This document shows positions 1 to 14,100 of a DNA stretch of 64,000 nt, piece after piece. Each line of letters opens with the position of its first letter. Within the stretch, counting starts at the first letter, position 1. The notes beneath the pieces were generated by a model. It was not told the origin of the DNA. It saw only the letters and a list, made by a program, of their open reading frames with translations, and searched no databases. The DNA is taken from contig BFEA01000026.1 of the NCBI GenBank assembly GCA_003427395.1, positions 3,932,494 to 3,996,493 of the forward strand, in the 5' to 3' direction. Source of the stretch: Chara braunii. Taxonomy: Eukaryota > Plantae > Charophyceae. The position numbers and the translations under genes are program-made.

Positions 1-493
1 GAGAGAGAGAGAGAGAGAGGTGTTAAAAAGTTGACATCAAGTCCCGTAAATGGAACGAGGCTTGATTGGGACCCGGGAGCAAGTGATCTTGCTAAAAGAC
101 TTAAGAAAACGAACAGAAACCAAAAAATCACTGTTGTTCCAGAGGGCCCTGACGTGTTGCAGACTCTGGCTGCTCTTAAAATTTGCGACATTAGTTACAT
201 CTGTGTACCAATCATCTGATACAGATGGAAGGAACAAATTCCCCGAATGAGTTCGTTGTTCTAGGTGAGGTGTCCTCTTCTTCACTCATGCGTGGTGTTG
301 TTGATCCTTGTAACCTATGGTCAGGAATACACTCCGAATAATTTATCTTATTAGATGTGATCACAGCCAGGATGTGTGGCAGAAAGTGAACGGGAAAAAT
401 GATCTGTTGTGTATCTGATCCGCTTCATAATCGACTGTCCCAATTAAGTAATCTCCGTGGGTGAAACTATGGCCCCGATATGGGGCGAAAGTG

Positions 494-763
494 AAACCAC
501 CAGTACCTTCGCCCAGCGATTGAAGCCGAGCCTGCAAATGCCCTGCACGCCGGAAGAAAAAACGAACTGACACGGGCCTCATTTTGGCTGGCACCGCCAG
601 CCATTTTGGTCCCGTACCCCAATCTTCGACAGTTGCGGCCGTACCTCGCTTTGGCTGGCACCGCCAGCCCTTTTGGTCCTGTATCCTGACCCCCAAAAGT
701 TGCGGCCGTATATACGACCTGCATATTTTTTGTGTTTGCACCGGGGAAAGGTGCTGGTGGTTT
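494..763. mobile_element. MITE-like element with 16-bp terminal inverted repeats
   Basis: aaaccaccagtacctt (494-509) vs aaggtgctggtggttt (748-763), 1 mismatch; internal ~67-bp tandem duplication (~582-710); right end runs into TTAA. Confidence 0.55.
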
Positions 764-1865
764 AAAACGGAGGTTGAATGTACAAACTCTCCTCTCTAGC
801 AAGTTGTATCCTTTGTGACCGTCCCTCCTATTGTTGTTCTGTGACTGGACGTATACATTGTCAATGCCTGCCGTAGGTTTTGTTGGCACAGCTTGGCAGG
901 CAAAATGTTGATAGGATTTTTGAAAATTTTGATAGTATTTTTTTTCCCACAAAACAGCGGGATCTAACGTACATCTGTGATATCTCTCAGGTGAAAAAAA
1001 AGATTTTTTTTTGCCCCGAAGGAGATGGGAAGTACAAATCGTCAAAGTGGGGACATTCAAAATCTCGCGTCCCCTTTTTCATTTGTTTTCGGTTAGCGGA
1101 GATAACTAAAAACTGCCAAACAGGGGCCAACCAAAATTTTGCGCTCCTATCTGCAGTGCTTCTTCCCCCCCCTTGTGCCTCCTTGCCCCCCCTTCTCCGC
1201 CCATCTTCCCCCCACCCCCTCCCTCAACACACACACACACACACACACATTCCGGTCTTGCTAGCTCTCTGTCTTGGCAGATTTGAGCGGCTAGGATCGG
1301 GCTCGTACGAGCAAGCTATTCTCTGTTTTTGTGGTCGGATATGTGTTGTCAGTTTTGTTGATTATACACGGCCTAATTCCTTGCCCTGCTTTAGAGCATG
1401 GGCTGTTTGGACATTTACGGGTGGCCATGAGTTCTTTTTGGGGGGAATGTATGTGTTGTGGGCCGGCGTGGAAGGCTTTCCCAGTTTTTTGCGGAGCCTT
1501 AGCAGGGGGGGGGGTCGGTGCGTTCTTGCTGGAGGAGTCTTCTGTATTAGGTAAGTTGTCTCTTATCTTCTTTCTCCTCTTTGGCAGTGATGCGAGTGTG
1601 TAGTTTGAGATGAATGTCGGGAATGCCAATGCTGTTATATTTGTTTGTTTTTGGTAAATGAGTTTTTGGTTTTGTGGGCCGATGCGGAAGGCTGTCCAAG
1701 TCTTTTTGGACCTTAAAGGGGGTCGGTTCGGTGCCTTCTTGCTGGAGAAGTCTTCTGTCTCAGGTAAGTTGCCGTCTGCCCTCCATCCCCTTATGGACAA
1801 GAAGAAATCATTGCATCAAATGGCGAGAAATTCTTCAAGTGAGCAAGGGTTGAGAGTAAGACTCA

Positions 1866-3921
1866 TTAAACCACCAGTACTTGGCGGAACTATCGGCCGC
1901 GGGAAAAAAATAGAGTAGAAACATTTCTAGTTGGATGAATTTGGGCACTCCTGTAGTGGCCCGTTCATTACCTGAAATCGAGGCTTGCTAACGGGCACTG
2001 CTTTGGGGAGTACCGGGGGTTTAAGGGTAATGACCCATATTCCTCACCGTAGTAGATTCATGATTATGTTCTCGATGAATGAGAGAATAATAACTGATGG
2101 TCTCTGAGGAATTTTGAACGTTATTTAAACTTATTTTCAAATATTCAACATGGGAGTGACCAATCAAAATTGGTGGTTGCCAACCTAGCCATCGACCATA
2201 CCCAGCCGCTCCATGCAATTCTCTTTTCCTTTCTTTTGTTTTTGAAAGCTCGTTTTTGCAACCCTCTTCTCATGCCAGCTTTGGCAGATTGGCCCACAAG
2301 TGGTTTTCTTTTCTTGAGGGAAAAGAGGAGGGGGCGTGAGTTCCGGTCACCCTTTGTTTTTGACATAAGCTTGATGGTGGCAACATGAGCGTAAATTCGC
2401 CTTTCGCAAATGCAGGCTGTCCACAGTGGGGTGTAGTTGTGTTTCACTATTCTCTAAACTTGATCTGCTGGCAGCATGAGCGTAAATTCGTGTTGCGCAA
2501 CTGCAGGGTGTCCACAGTGGGGTGTAATTGTGTAGAGCAACTTTCAATATTCTAAACTTGATCTGCATTTTGACCGGATTTGTGCTCAGTGTCTCTTGCC
2601 TGTCTCAACAGGGCTTTTATAGGTTCTATTTTATTACATCCTAATAACCTATCTCCCTCCCTCCCTCCCTCCCTCCCTCCCTCCCTCCCTCCCTCCGTCT
2701 TCTGGTTTCTTTAATGCCTGCATCCATTTTTACCTACACCTGTGTAGATCCTGTGTGTGCATCTGATTATGTAAGGGGATGACGTGGGAGCTCTCGCGAG
2801 TCGAGGGGAAAGAAGAGAAAAAAGTGGATGCTGTCCATTGCTTTGTGATCAAGCTTGTGGGGACTAAGTCGGGAAAGCTCGTACAGTAATGAGGAGTCTC
2901 TGAATAGCAGCTCCGGACTTAAGAATAGGCTGTGATTATTGGAGAAGACTAGAAGCCTCGACAATATTCTATTCAATCTATTGTTTTCTTTCTCCATCTT
3001 GAAAACACCAGAAGCCTCTCGGAGCACCAATTAATTTGGATGTATACCATCCAGTTAGCAGCCAGGTGCGGAATGACTCTGATCTGGCACATTTGGAAGT
3101 TCGAGATATAATTACCGAAGATTTGGTTCATCGATGGTCCAAAGATCTGGTGGCTTCTGCCAAATTTCTCTAAGGCTTATGCTGTGCCAGCCTTGCAAAG
3201 CAAACGAAACATACACGTATGACAATTTTCCCTAAGCTTATGCTGTTTTTGCCTTGGCGAACAAACAAAACAAACACGCTTGTAAGTGGGAAGGGACAAC
3301 TAGTACAAGGGACACCCCTTTTGAGCCTGGCCAGTGGTGCCGCGCTCGATTGGGCCTGCCCGCCTTTTTGTAAGGGACGCCCAGCGCACTCGGAATTGCC
3401 TCTACACATTCACCCCTCACTATCTCTCTCTCTCTCTCTCTCTGTGTCTGTGTGCACACATTGGGGATCTTATTTAATACAAAATATATTTACGAGGTTC
3501 GGACTGGGCAGTGTCTCACCCATGTAATGCGGGAGACTACAAGGATAAGGGAGGTGATGTGTCAAAAACGTGTAGTTTAGAAAAGATTCGAGGATTCTGT
3601 GCGCTAGGAGAAAGATTCTTGGGGGGGGGGGGGGGGGGGGGGGGGGTCATGACTGTGAGAAGCAGCTGTAGAGCAAGTGATTGTTTGATTCTGATGGTGC
3701 TCACCGCAGTAGTGTAGGGCCCACCCGTTCTGTCCCTTCCAACCTCCTGGAGCATGGCGAAAAAGAACATAGCACCATCGCTACCTCAGAGCCTCTTTTT
3801 CCCATTGCCAATTCTTTCTGATGCGTGTTGCAGCGGAGGCGTGAAATGAATTTTTTTCATGCTGGGACCTCCGGCCTTTTTCTTTCGGTAGGCTGAGTCC
3901 CGAAAGGTACTGGTGGTTTAA
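1866..3921. mobile_element. Putative non-autonomous TIR element of the same family, bounded by TTAA
   Basis: TTAAaccaccagtac (1866-1880) and gtactggtggtTTAA (3907-3921) are perfect 15-bp inverted copies; no transposase ORF seen between them; could also be two independent ends. Confidence 0.4.
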
Positions 3922-5043
3922 CTGCAAGACGGTGGGGGGAGGGGAGGGAAAGAAAAATAAGCCCACTTGTGATTGTGCAGTTGGGTTCTGTATTAGACAT
4001 GGATGGCGACACATGTTGGTCCCTTATTTTCTGACTGGGCAGCTGCGCTAGCATCAATTTCGAACGTTGACCTGGGTGGGCGACACATTTTCTCTTCTAA
4101 CTGGCCAGCTACACTACAGCATCAGTTTCAGATGTTGATCTGTAAGTGTGGATACTGAACTGTAGATGTTAGTTGGTAAGTTGGGGTCAGTTGTGCCTTA
4201 TTACAAATTTTTTAAACATGCCCTTGCCCTCTTTTTCGTGCTCACTAGTGTGCGAGTTTCAGAGAAAAGCCGCCTCTTATCTCTTACACACGAACGCCAT
4301 GGTCAGTGCAAATCCATCTCTCTCTCTCTCTCTCCGTCCCCTCCTCCGTCTCCCCCTCCCTGTTCCCCCTCCCCACCCCCTCTGGGTTCTAGTGGATGAT
4401 TGCGAAATTCAGTCTGTTGCCCTCGTGCTAATGTGTGCGACTGTCAGAGCACAGGGGTCTCTCTCTCTCTCTTACAGAGGAGTGCCACAGGCAGCACAAG
4501 TCCATCCTCTTCCCCCCCCCCTTTCTTCCTTGCCCTCTCCCTCTCTCTCCTCTTTCGCAGGATTGGGAAGGCATCTCTGTCTTGCTCTCTCTCTCTCGCT
4601 TCTCTTTTGCAGGATTGTGAAGGCATTGTGGAGCCATCTCTTTATTTATCTCTCTCTCAAGCCACACTTGCAATGTGCTCTATCCGTCAAAGCAAAGCCA
4701 ACCTTCTGTCTGTCTGTCGATCTCTGTGTTTGTGTCTATGTCTGTTTGCCTGTCTGTCTCTCATTGTATATAACAGAGGGGGGAGAAGGGACAAAAGAAT
4801 TGGCTGTTGTGCCACCGTCTTAATAAAAAACCAGGGAGCTGAACCCTTGATGATCTGCCCAACACCCAACTGACGCCTCGACACGGCCACCCATGGTAAA
4901 GAAAGTGGACGATAACGGATCGATGGTTTTGCTGTGGGTGTATGAAGATTGGTTCATGCAACTTTGTTGTCTGGTGCAAGCCACTATTTTGCCTCACCGC
5001 ACGTGTTGTTTGTGTCTTTTGTCTTCTGTATGCTGGCTGTCAG

Positions 5044-5112
5044 GAGGAAGAACAAGTGCTCAAAGCTTTGGCTAGGTTGGAGAGCATGTCAATGTCAGTG
5101 GAAACCCTTCAG
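5044..5112 (+). CDS. MED26: MED26-like exon (EEEQVLKALARLESMSMSVETLQ)
   Basis: Acceptor cag at 5041-5043, donor gtatgc at 5113, phase 0/0; start of TFIIS-N domain. Confidence 0.9.
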
Positions 5113-8010
5113 GTATGCACTGGTCACTTAACAGTTTGGCGGTTGGGGTGAAGTTTGGAGCTTATATTGGTGGGTCATTTGTTGCGTTTGAGGGTATGGT
5201 GCCCTCTTCCGTTCCGGTTCTGACGACAGTAAAGTGCAGCCCAGGTTGTTGCAGAGGTGGGATACTAGACGGATAGACGGATGACAGTCACCCACAGTAC
5301 TCGGCCACTTGGTTGTCCAGATGAACCCCTCTGAAGACCTCACCCACCCTTCCTCTCATCTTTTGCCGTGGCGCGCCCCCACCCCCCCTGTCCTACCCTA
5401 GTGTTAACCACCCAGGAGCATCACCCATTGCCATCTTGGCGGGGTGACCTGACCAGACAGCAGTTGCAGGCACCGGGGCTAAGGAGAGTGATCATCCCCT
5501 GCTCAGCCCCGGTTGAAGCAGACGCCGTGCAAGCCTGATTGCACGGGGACTTCGGGAGCTAGATTTGAACATGATGCTACAGGTCTTCATGAGGGTGCAG
5601 AGTGACTCCCATCTAGCTTAGTTGTGTGGTGATCATAGAGAGCTGGGTATCCTCCGTTCCCTCGTATGTCCCTGGAGCCCGTTCCGGCCATGACACCCCC
5701 AACATCCCGTACTAAGGAACTGCTATGCCAGCCTCAACCCTATGCTACGTACTAGGAGGATAGCCAACCGTAGGTCATGAGTTATGGACTGAGTTTCTTT
5801 ATCCTTATGTTGTCTTTTTACTACAGTGTACTATGGTGTTGATGGTAGAGACATGGGGATCCCCGTTCCCTCGTATATCCCTGGAGCCCGTTCTGGCCCC
5901 GCGGTAAGGTGCAGTATCTCCTGACAGCCCCGACACCCGTACTAAGGACTGCTACGTACTAGGAGGATAGCCCACCGTCAATCGTGAATCATGGACTGTA
6001 TGTGTTGACCCTGGATAATCCCTTAGCCCTGTGTTGTATGGTAATCTGAGAGCAGACAATCCTCTGTTCCCTCGTATGTCCCTGCAGACTGTTCCGGCCC
6101 TGCGGTAAAGTGCACTATTGACACTCCTGACATCCCGTTTAAGGAACTGCTATGCCAGCCTCAATCCTGTGACCACGTACTAAGAGGATGACCAGCCCTA
6201 AGTTACAGTCTGGTATCGAACACAGGACCTTATGTGAATCGTGCAAGTGACTTAACCTATTGACCTACACTGTGAAATAGTCTGAAGCTGTGCTCTGCTG
6301 GGCTCGAGTAAACCGGACTGTGCGAGCCACCCAGCAGTCTCATGACAACCCCGTACACCAAGAACATCAGGATACACCACCATCGCCCAGTCCCCACATA
6401 CAACAACCATGGACTACCCCTTGGGTGGTGCGCAAGCAGTGTCTGTAACAACTTACCTGCGTCATCCCAAGGGGGTGTGTGTTCAGCCGTGGGTCATTCT
6501 AACGCCCTGCCGGTGTCCATGTGCAAGGCTGCGGAGTTTTGAACCCGCAACCTCATACCACAATGCGCATTTCCAACCGGTGCTCTAACCACTGAGCTAC
6601 ATCAAATGGACAGTGCAATGCAATCATAACTTTGTGCTGCAAGCATGTTCTTTTTTTTTTGTTTTTTTCAACAGAGCCTTACGGTTCTGTCTCCTTTTCC
6701 ATTCTGGGGAGCATGTTCTTGAATTCCAACAGTCGAAAAAAGAAATCACAGAAGTGAAAATTTTAAATTTGGCCAAAAAAACCTGATTTCAGCAATGAAA
6801 ACAGTTTACCCTGTTAACCACTGATGATGTTCTTGCAGTAAAACTTTCCCAAAGGATCAAACAACTTGTGGATGGATATACTCGGGGTTGACATGGCCGT
6901 CTGCTGCTGTCGACAAAACATATGCCTGCTTGACGACTGTTCATGAGATGGAGTTTCTTTTCCTGGAAACCCTGATGTGAAATTGAAGACGCACTTTAAT
7001 CGAATACACTATTTGGGTCTTGCACCAAATGCATTATTTCCTCTTCAGACTTCAGTGATACATCTCACAAAAAGATTGACTGGTTCCACTTGCTGCCAAA
7101 GAGTTTGGCTTATGGAGTCCATGCTATCAGGTTTAGATCGCTCAGCACGTAGGCATGCGCTTGTGCGATCTGGTTTCTCATCTGATGCGAAGATGAGGCT
7201 GGTGCCAGCCTGAGACTGATATGCTGTAAATTGCGTCGATGCTCAGTAGGGCCATGGCAACTCCGATGTTGGAAGATTGTTTTTCAAAGTGCAAAAGTTC
7301 CTTTTGGGAAGGAGAAGACCTGGAAAGGGCCTCGGTTTGTGGCCGCGAGCGTTCCGGTAGCGCTAGCGCTGCGCTATTGGCGTCGCTGGGCTGGCGCTAG
7401 AGCGAGCACTACCCAAACGGTCTAGGCCCAGAGGAGCGTGTTGGAAGATTGTTTTTCAAAGTGCAAAAGTTTCTTTTGGGAAGAAGAAGACCTGGAAAGG
7501 GACTGGGTTTGTGGCCGCGAGCGTTCCGGCAGTGCCAGCGCTGCGCTACTTCAGTGCGCTATTGGCGTCGCTGGGCTAGCGCTAGAGCGAGCACTACCCG
7601 AATGGACTACGCCCAGAGTAGCGCGGCGATTCGGCGCATATGGCACTCTTAAGTGCGTGCGTCTGGCGTTAGCAGCCGGCCGGCTGGCCTGGAAACTTCA
7701 CCGTGAAGTAACACCAGGCAGTAGGGTTATTCTACCCCCCAGTCGACCTCGAGAGTGGTGACGCCAGCACCTCACAGAATACTTGACATTGCGGAGAGTT
7801 GGCAGGCACTTACCTGCTTTGCACTTTGTAGTTCAGGCAGCAGAGCACCTGTCTTGCAGCAAATCAACAAGCACATTCAACTAGCAGACATGAAGCAAAG
7901 CAGGCACAAGACTCAAGGAACAGAGAAAAAAAGAAAGAAAAAAGTATGATTAACTTCAAAGTTTGAACTTTGAATTAAGTAATTAGGTTCATAACTTCAG
8001 CACTTTCAGT

Positions 8011-8068
<58 letters not shown>

Positions 8069-8069
8069 N

Positions 8070-8152
<83 letters not shown>

Positions 8153-11100
8153 CTCTGTCTCTGTGGGCAATGGGCAGCAGTGGTGGGCGGCTCGTCGAAA
8201 CGGTTGCTTTGAAATTGCTCGGGCCTGTGTGAAACCCGCCACCCCAGAAACCTGCAGTGTCATGTGTCCGGAGTCCAGACCTCTAGGCCTGTCTGGTGGG
8301 GTGAAACGACACTGAAAAAGCACCCCATTATTTTTCAAGGGGCGGCCAGGACCCGAAAAACATCCTGGGCCGCCCCTTTATTTTTTTCGACTTTTTCCCT
8401 GGGGGCCTCCATCTGGATGTAAGGACCGGGCACCGGACATGTTGTTCCGGACTGGGCCTCCATCTGGATGTAAGGACCGGACACCGGACATGTTGTTCCG
8501 GACTGTCTGGAACCCGGTCCGGATGTCTGGTCTGTTACCATGAGAAAAAAGACCTCTTGTTTTTAAACCAGCACTCCATCCGGACCTGTTTCGACCAACC
8601 AAAAGTTGCATCTCCCTGACCCTAAAATCGACAGTGCAGCAGTGAAGTTTTTTTTTTTTCGGGTACCGTTCCCCATGGAACCTCTACCGGGCCTGGGCAC
8701 TGTGGATTTTGGCCCGGTACTTGTAGACGAGAAAAATGAAGAGTGCAGAGGGCCTTGGAGTGGTGGTTAAGGGGACATAATTTCACCAAAAAGAAGATGA
8801 TCGAATGGGGAGTCTAAAAGCTTGTGAGGCAGATGTGGGAGGGGCAGTCACCTGCACGGTGGTTGAATTCGAATCCTGTACCATTCCATAGCGTACGGGG
8901 ATATCCCTGTCTACTCTCTTGCTTTTCTGGGATTTGTGGTGTGTGTGTATGTGTGGTGGTGGTGGGGGGTGGGTGGGTGCGGGAAGAAAGATACAAACCT
9001 GGCAGGGTGGCCAAAATCATACTGGGTGTGGTTGCACATGTGGCTGGGCAAAATAAGGTATCTGTGATGTGAAGGGGGTTAAGAAAGATAGAAACTTGGC
9101 AAGGTGGGCAAAATCAAACTGGGCGTGGTCGCACATGTGGCGGAGCAAAATAAGGTAACTATGATGTGAAGGGGGTTATAACATGGATGCACCGTTTTTG
9201 GCACGTTTGACAATCTGTTGCAGGTTACGGAAATAGGAAAGCATGTGAAGAGCTTACGTAAGCATCCAGCAAAGGCTGTTAGAACCGCTACCAAGCAATT
9301 GGTGAGGTGTGTTTATCTGGCATATAATATGATGATGATGATGATGATGCCGTTGGGCGGTGAACTTGACTGTTTGCAAACTCGCTCTTTAAATGCTGTG
9401 ACATATTGGAGTAACTTTGCGTCTGTGGAATCGGAGTCACTACTGAAGTGCCCAGTGATGCTTTTCCTTCCAGACAGTGTCTTGTTGGCTGCGAGACAAT
9501 GTCGAAAGCATGAAACATGCAATCTCTACCAGGCTGTCGAGGCCCATTCTTGTGAAGAGGCTGTGAAAAAAAGTGGCAACGATTCAGCGAATTCCTTGTA
9601 ATCCGCCACAATATCTTTGATTGAGGTGGCGGGTAGTTTCGGTTCTCGTCCTGTTTTCTTGCACATTCTGTCTGCCTGGCTTCACCGGATTTACCTTCGG
9701 GCCAGGCTTCATCGGCTCAGAATGTCAGGTGGTGTATGGTCACTGATTACAGTGATTAGTAATTTCCCCTGCTTTGCTATAAGCGCTGTGGGTTGGAGTT
9801 CTCTTTCTCTGTTCGTTGCTGTGTTCTGCCGTCTTCCCCCGAACATGACCCATCTTCATCATCACTGTATTGGATCAGAAAGCTAGCTTGTGTACATTCA
9901 TGATGACGGTGCCTTTTTTTGGGGGGGGAAGACGGTAGAACACACTTGGAAGCCTTCATGGGCTTGCGATTGCGATTTGGCTGGGGGTTGATTTTTTTTT
10001 TTTTTTTGGGTTTGTGGATGTTGCGTAATTCTTGTTTTCCCCAGTAACATAATCTGAGCATGTGGTGCTGTCACCTCAGACAGAAAAGCTGGCAGGCTCT
10101 CGACATTCCCGCATGCGCTGATATATGGAGCACAGGGCTGTGTTGTTGTTGTTGTTTTCCCTTTTTTTTTTCCTTCTTCTTTTCTTTCTATCCTCGCTTT
10201 CTGAATGCTCTTTGGATTTCGATTTGCGTGCTCGTGACTGTTGGCTTGATTGCTAAGAAATGGCACTGTTATGGAGGGTGATGCCACCAATGTATGTACT
10301 ATGTAATATGTATATGACAATATGTGCATGGGCAAACACCACCTTTCCTGATGGTGGAGTGCTCGTCTGAAGTGATCCTGAACCGGTCCTTTTTCATGCA
10401 GGAAGGTCTTGTGACCCTAGGCTAGCTTGCCTGTATGAACATGAATTTCTACTGGACAGCATTTTGAGTTTCATTGCCGAAAACAAGGCATGTATCTGCA
10501 GGCATAATGATAAAAGGTGTTTGTGGAGGGTGATGCCACTAATGTATGTACTATGATGCCACCAACCACTAATGTATGTACTATGATGCCACCAATGTAT
10601 GTACTTTGTCATACGTATATGTGCATGGGAAAACACCACCTTTCCTGATGGTGGAGTGCTTGTCTGAAGTGCTCTTTGAACCAGTCCGTTTTCATTCAGG
10701 AAGGTCTTGTGACCCTAAGCTAGCTTGCCTGTATTAACATGAATTTCTACTGGACAGCTTAAGTTTCATTGCCGAACACGAGGCATGTATCTGCAGGCAT
10801 AATGATAGATATGATATATAAGGTGTTTGTGCTTATGGCGGTTGGTGTTGATGAAACCTAGCTGAGGTTCTTTCCATCCAACTCCGCCGAAATCTGATTT
10901 CGGGGTGCCGGAAAGCGTAAAATGCCTCTGGTACAGATGACTCATAACACCTGACAAAAGCAGTGCATTTCAGGGCCGGCTCGGCCATGGCATCCAGCGA
11001 TACCTGCACCCAATGTAGAGGACAAAGCGATAAATGTTAATGAACACGTCGTGATTTCAAATCCTGATGCAATCAGATGGATACAGTGCATTTCAGGGCC

Positions 11101-14100
11101 GTCTCAGCCATGGCATCCAGCAATGCCTGCACCCAATCTAGAGGACAAAGCGATAAATGCTATTGAACACGTCGTGAGTTCAAATCCTGATGCAACCCTG
11201 GCGTAATCAGATGGAAAAAAAGTAAAAACAAGTTTGTATCTTAGCCACTACTACCACTGCTGATGTCGAGCCTTTGGGTCAGTGTTCTTATGACTGGAAC
11301 CGGGCATGTGCATGTCGAGTTGTTGCAGCCTCCATGAAGTATGTTCAATATTTCTCAATAGAGAAGAATAATGCTTGGGCCAGAGCTTACTGCTGAGGCA
11401 AAGCTTTGGAGAACAATGATGTATGTTTTGGGAGTCCATTCCGCCAGAGAGACCTATACTGCTGCTCACACTGTCTGGTGTACACCGTAACTGGCTGAAT
11501 GGCCCAACGGCGAGTCCTTTCCACCAGAGCGACCTAGGCTGTTCTTCTCGTACTGTGTGGTATATGCCGTACCTGACCGAAAGGCGCAAAGCCTAGAGTG
11601 ATACGGAACCAGCGACTGCCAAGGATATTGGCACGCAACTTACTTCTGAGTCTTCTGAGGGTAATGACTCAAGATGATATGGGGTGGCGACTGCCTGGTG
11701 TGGAAGTGGGTTTCGCCTTTGCGAAAAAACGACACAACCACGAGATGAGACGATGAAGGCACAGAGCGATGAAGGCTTGAAGCTCTGGGATCGCTGATGA
11801 TAGTCTCTCTGCCTATGTGCTGGTCCTGGATTGACCGGAGCCCCGATGGGATCGAAGAAAAAGCCGAAAGACATAAATCTGTGAGGGTCCAGACTCCAGA
11901 TTTATTTATATCATTTTATATGTCATTAACTGTGGTCAGTGGTCACATTATTTCTCTTCCTATGCTCTGCTGTTCTGGCGACCGATGTGCAAGCGGCATG
12001 GTGAAAATGGTGTAAAAGCCGTATTCTGAGCAAATCTGAAACGTCACCTAACCTTCACTTTTTTTTGTGGAATTCCGAATTTGTTCTCGTTTTTGGGTTA
12101 AAGGGGTATGGACTACGGAGGTGTTCTTTAGAGTTTTGTCGGAGGGGTGTGCAGGGGGTCGAGATGGGGGGGGTTAAAAGTTTGGAAGAATACAACCTTT
12201 TCTTTTTGCGATATGTATTTCCCTTTTCAGCCCTCGAGGATCAGTGCAGTGATAGACCCGTAGTTGACTTTCTTTCTGTGGACGTCAGCCTGTGGTACAG
12301 AGGACATGCATGCTAATACGCAGAGAGAGTGTTTGCTGATTCTCCCGTCCTTGTCGCCCTTGCAATGCATTTGCTGTTTTCAGATCATGGATGGACTTGG
12401 TCGATGAATGGACGAAGAGCGCTGGTGCGGTAACCGCAGCAGCAGGTCAGTTGAGACTTGTGAGAGTACGCAGTCTTTTTTCCAGGGAACCAAGGGGAGT
12501 GAGGGAGGTGTGCGCTTTAGCTCGCCTCAAAGAAGGTTGTTTGTACCATGCGATACAGTCAGCCCGTGAACGACTGCATGCTTTGTTAAAGTCTAGGGTC
12601 AGGCCCCACAATGGTGCTAGGTTCATGCTGGGAAAATGTGAAGCCAACCATGATTACAACCATGTTGATGCATTGAACATAGCAGCCATGGGACCTGGCA
12701 CTCTGATAGAACGAAGTGTTGGGCCGAGAATCCGTGAAGTATCATGGTGCCGTTTGGTGTGCGAAACCGAAACCTTTTCTGGTTCGACTGTTTTTCGATG
12801 TTTCATCTTTTATATCCCCCGATCTATGTGCAGGCAACTGAGGCAAGGATACAAGCCATGCAGAATGCTTGCATGTGTAGTATAGCGATGAACCAAGAAC
12901 ACAATTGTGAAACATGTGGAAAAGCAGGGGGGGAACTAAAGCATGGAAGGCGAAACAAAGGAATAGCGATGAACCAAGAGCCCATTTGTGAAACATATGT
13001 GGAAAAACAGTGGAAATAAAGCCATGGAACAGGGTTGCATACCCGTCGACCACCGACCGTTTGCAGACTAACAGCAGGGACGACCGGTCGGTGGTCTGCC
13101 GACCAGTCTGTAGAGGCCCATCTGCTGATTTTTTTTTCAAATCCGAGCTCGGGGGCTGTACTGCGTTTGCTGAGTACAGCCCAAATACGCTGAGAAACTT
13201 TTGGGCATGGGAGGGGTACAGAGGNNNNNNNNNNNNNNNNNNNNNNNNNNNNNNNNNNNNNNNNNNNNNNNNNNNNNNNNNNNNNNNNNNNNNNNNNNNN
13301 NNNNNNNNNNNNNNNNNNNNNNNNNNNNNNNNNNNNNNNNNNNNNNNNNNNNNNNNNNNNNNNNNNNNNNNNNNNNNNNNNNNNNNNNNNNNNNNNNNNN
13401 NNNNNNNNNNNNNNNNNNNNNNNNNNNNNNNNNNNNNNNNNNNNNNNNNNNNNNNNNNNNNNNNNNNNNNNNNNCCCCCCCCCCAAAAAAAAAAAAAAAA
13501 GGTCTTGTTTTGATTTTTTTGCGGGATGCCGGCAGACCGCCGACCGGTAGGTGCCGACGGGTGGAACGGTCGGCTGGACGGCCGCCGACCAATGCAGGGG
13601 TGCGGACCGTCAATGTGACTACTCGGGCATGGAAGGCAAAACAACAGAAAGGCACAGTGAAGCTGTTGTTCTTCTGTTCAGCTAAATGTACAAGGTCTCT
13701 GCCTCAATGAGACTCCTACCGTAGTTGCTGTGCATACCTTCTCTGTGTAGTTCCTTGCATCATCCAGCGTAATGCTGCACCTCTCCTTCCGGATTGCCCA
13801 TAAATGTCACCCTCTGCTGCAAGCCATGCCAGATACATTCCGGTTTACTGAGATTATCAGGGATGTTAGTCTATGGAAGGAGTCGGATGGTGTGTTCTGG
13901 AAAGGGGCATGATAATAAGTGACTCCATAAGTCGGATGCTCTGTAGTCGATTATTATGTGGCTTCTTTACTTTCTATAAGGCATTGTTGTCATTGTATCA
14001 TATCTTCCTGTTCTTGATCAGGGCATACTAAACATAGGACGGAACTGTTATTGTCCTTCTTCCTTCTTCAAATGTGAAGCCAGCGATTAACTGGAAAAAG

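Noticed and set aside
1330-1790. Two AG|gtaagt donors (~1551, ~1764) as upstream MED26 exons
   Set aside because: They lie in a degenerate duplicated segment and no frame resembles the MED26 N-terminus
6527-6603. Functional tRNA gene
   Set aside because: No proper anticodon arm or acceptor stem; treated as a SINE head
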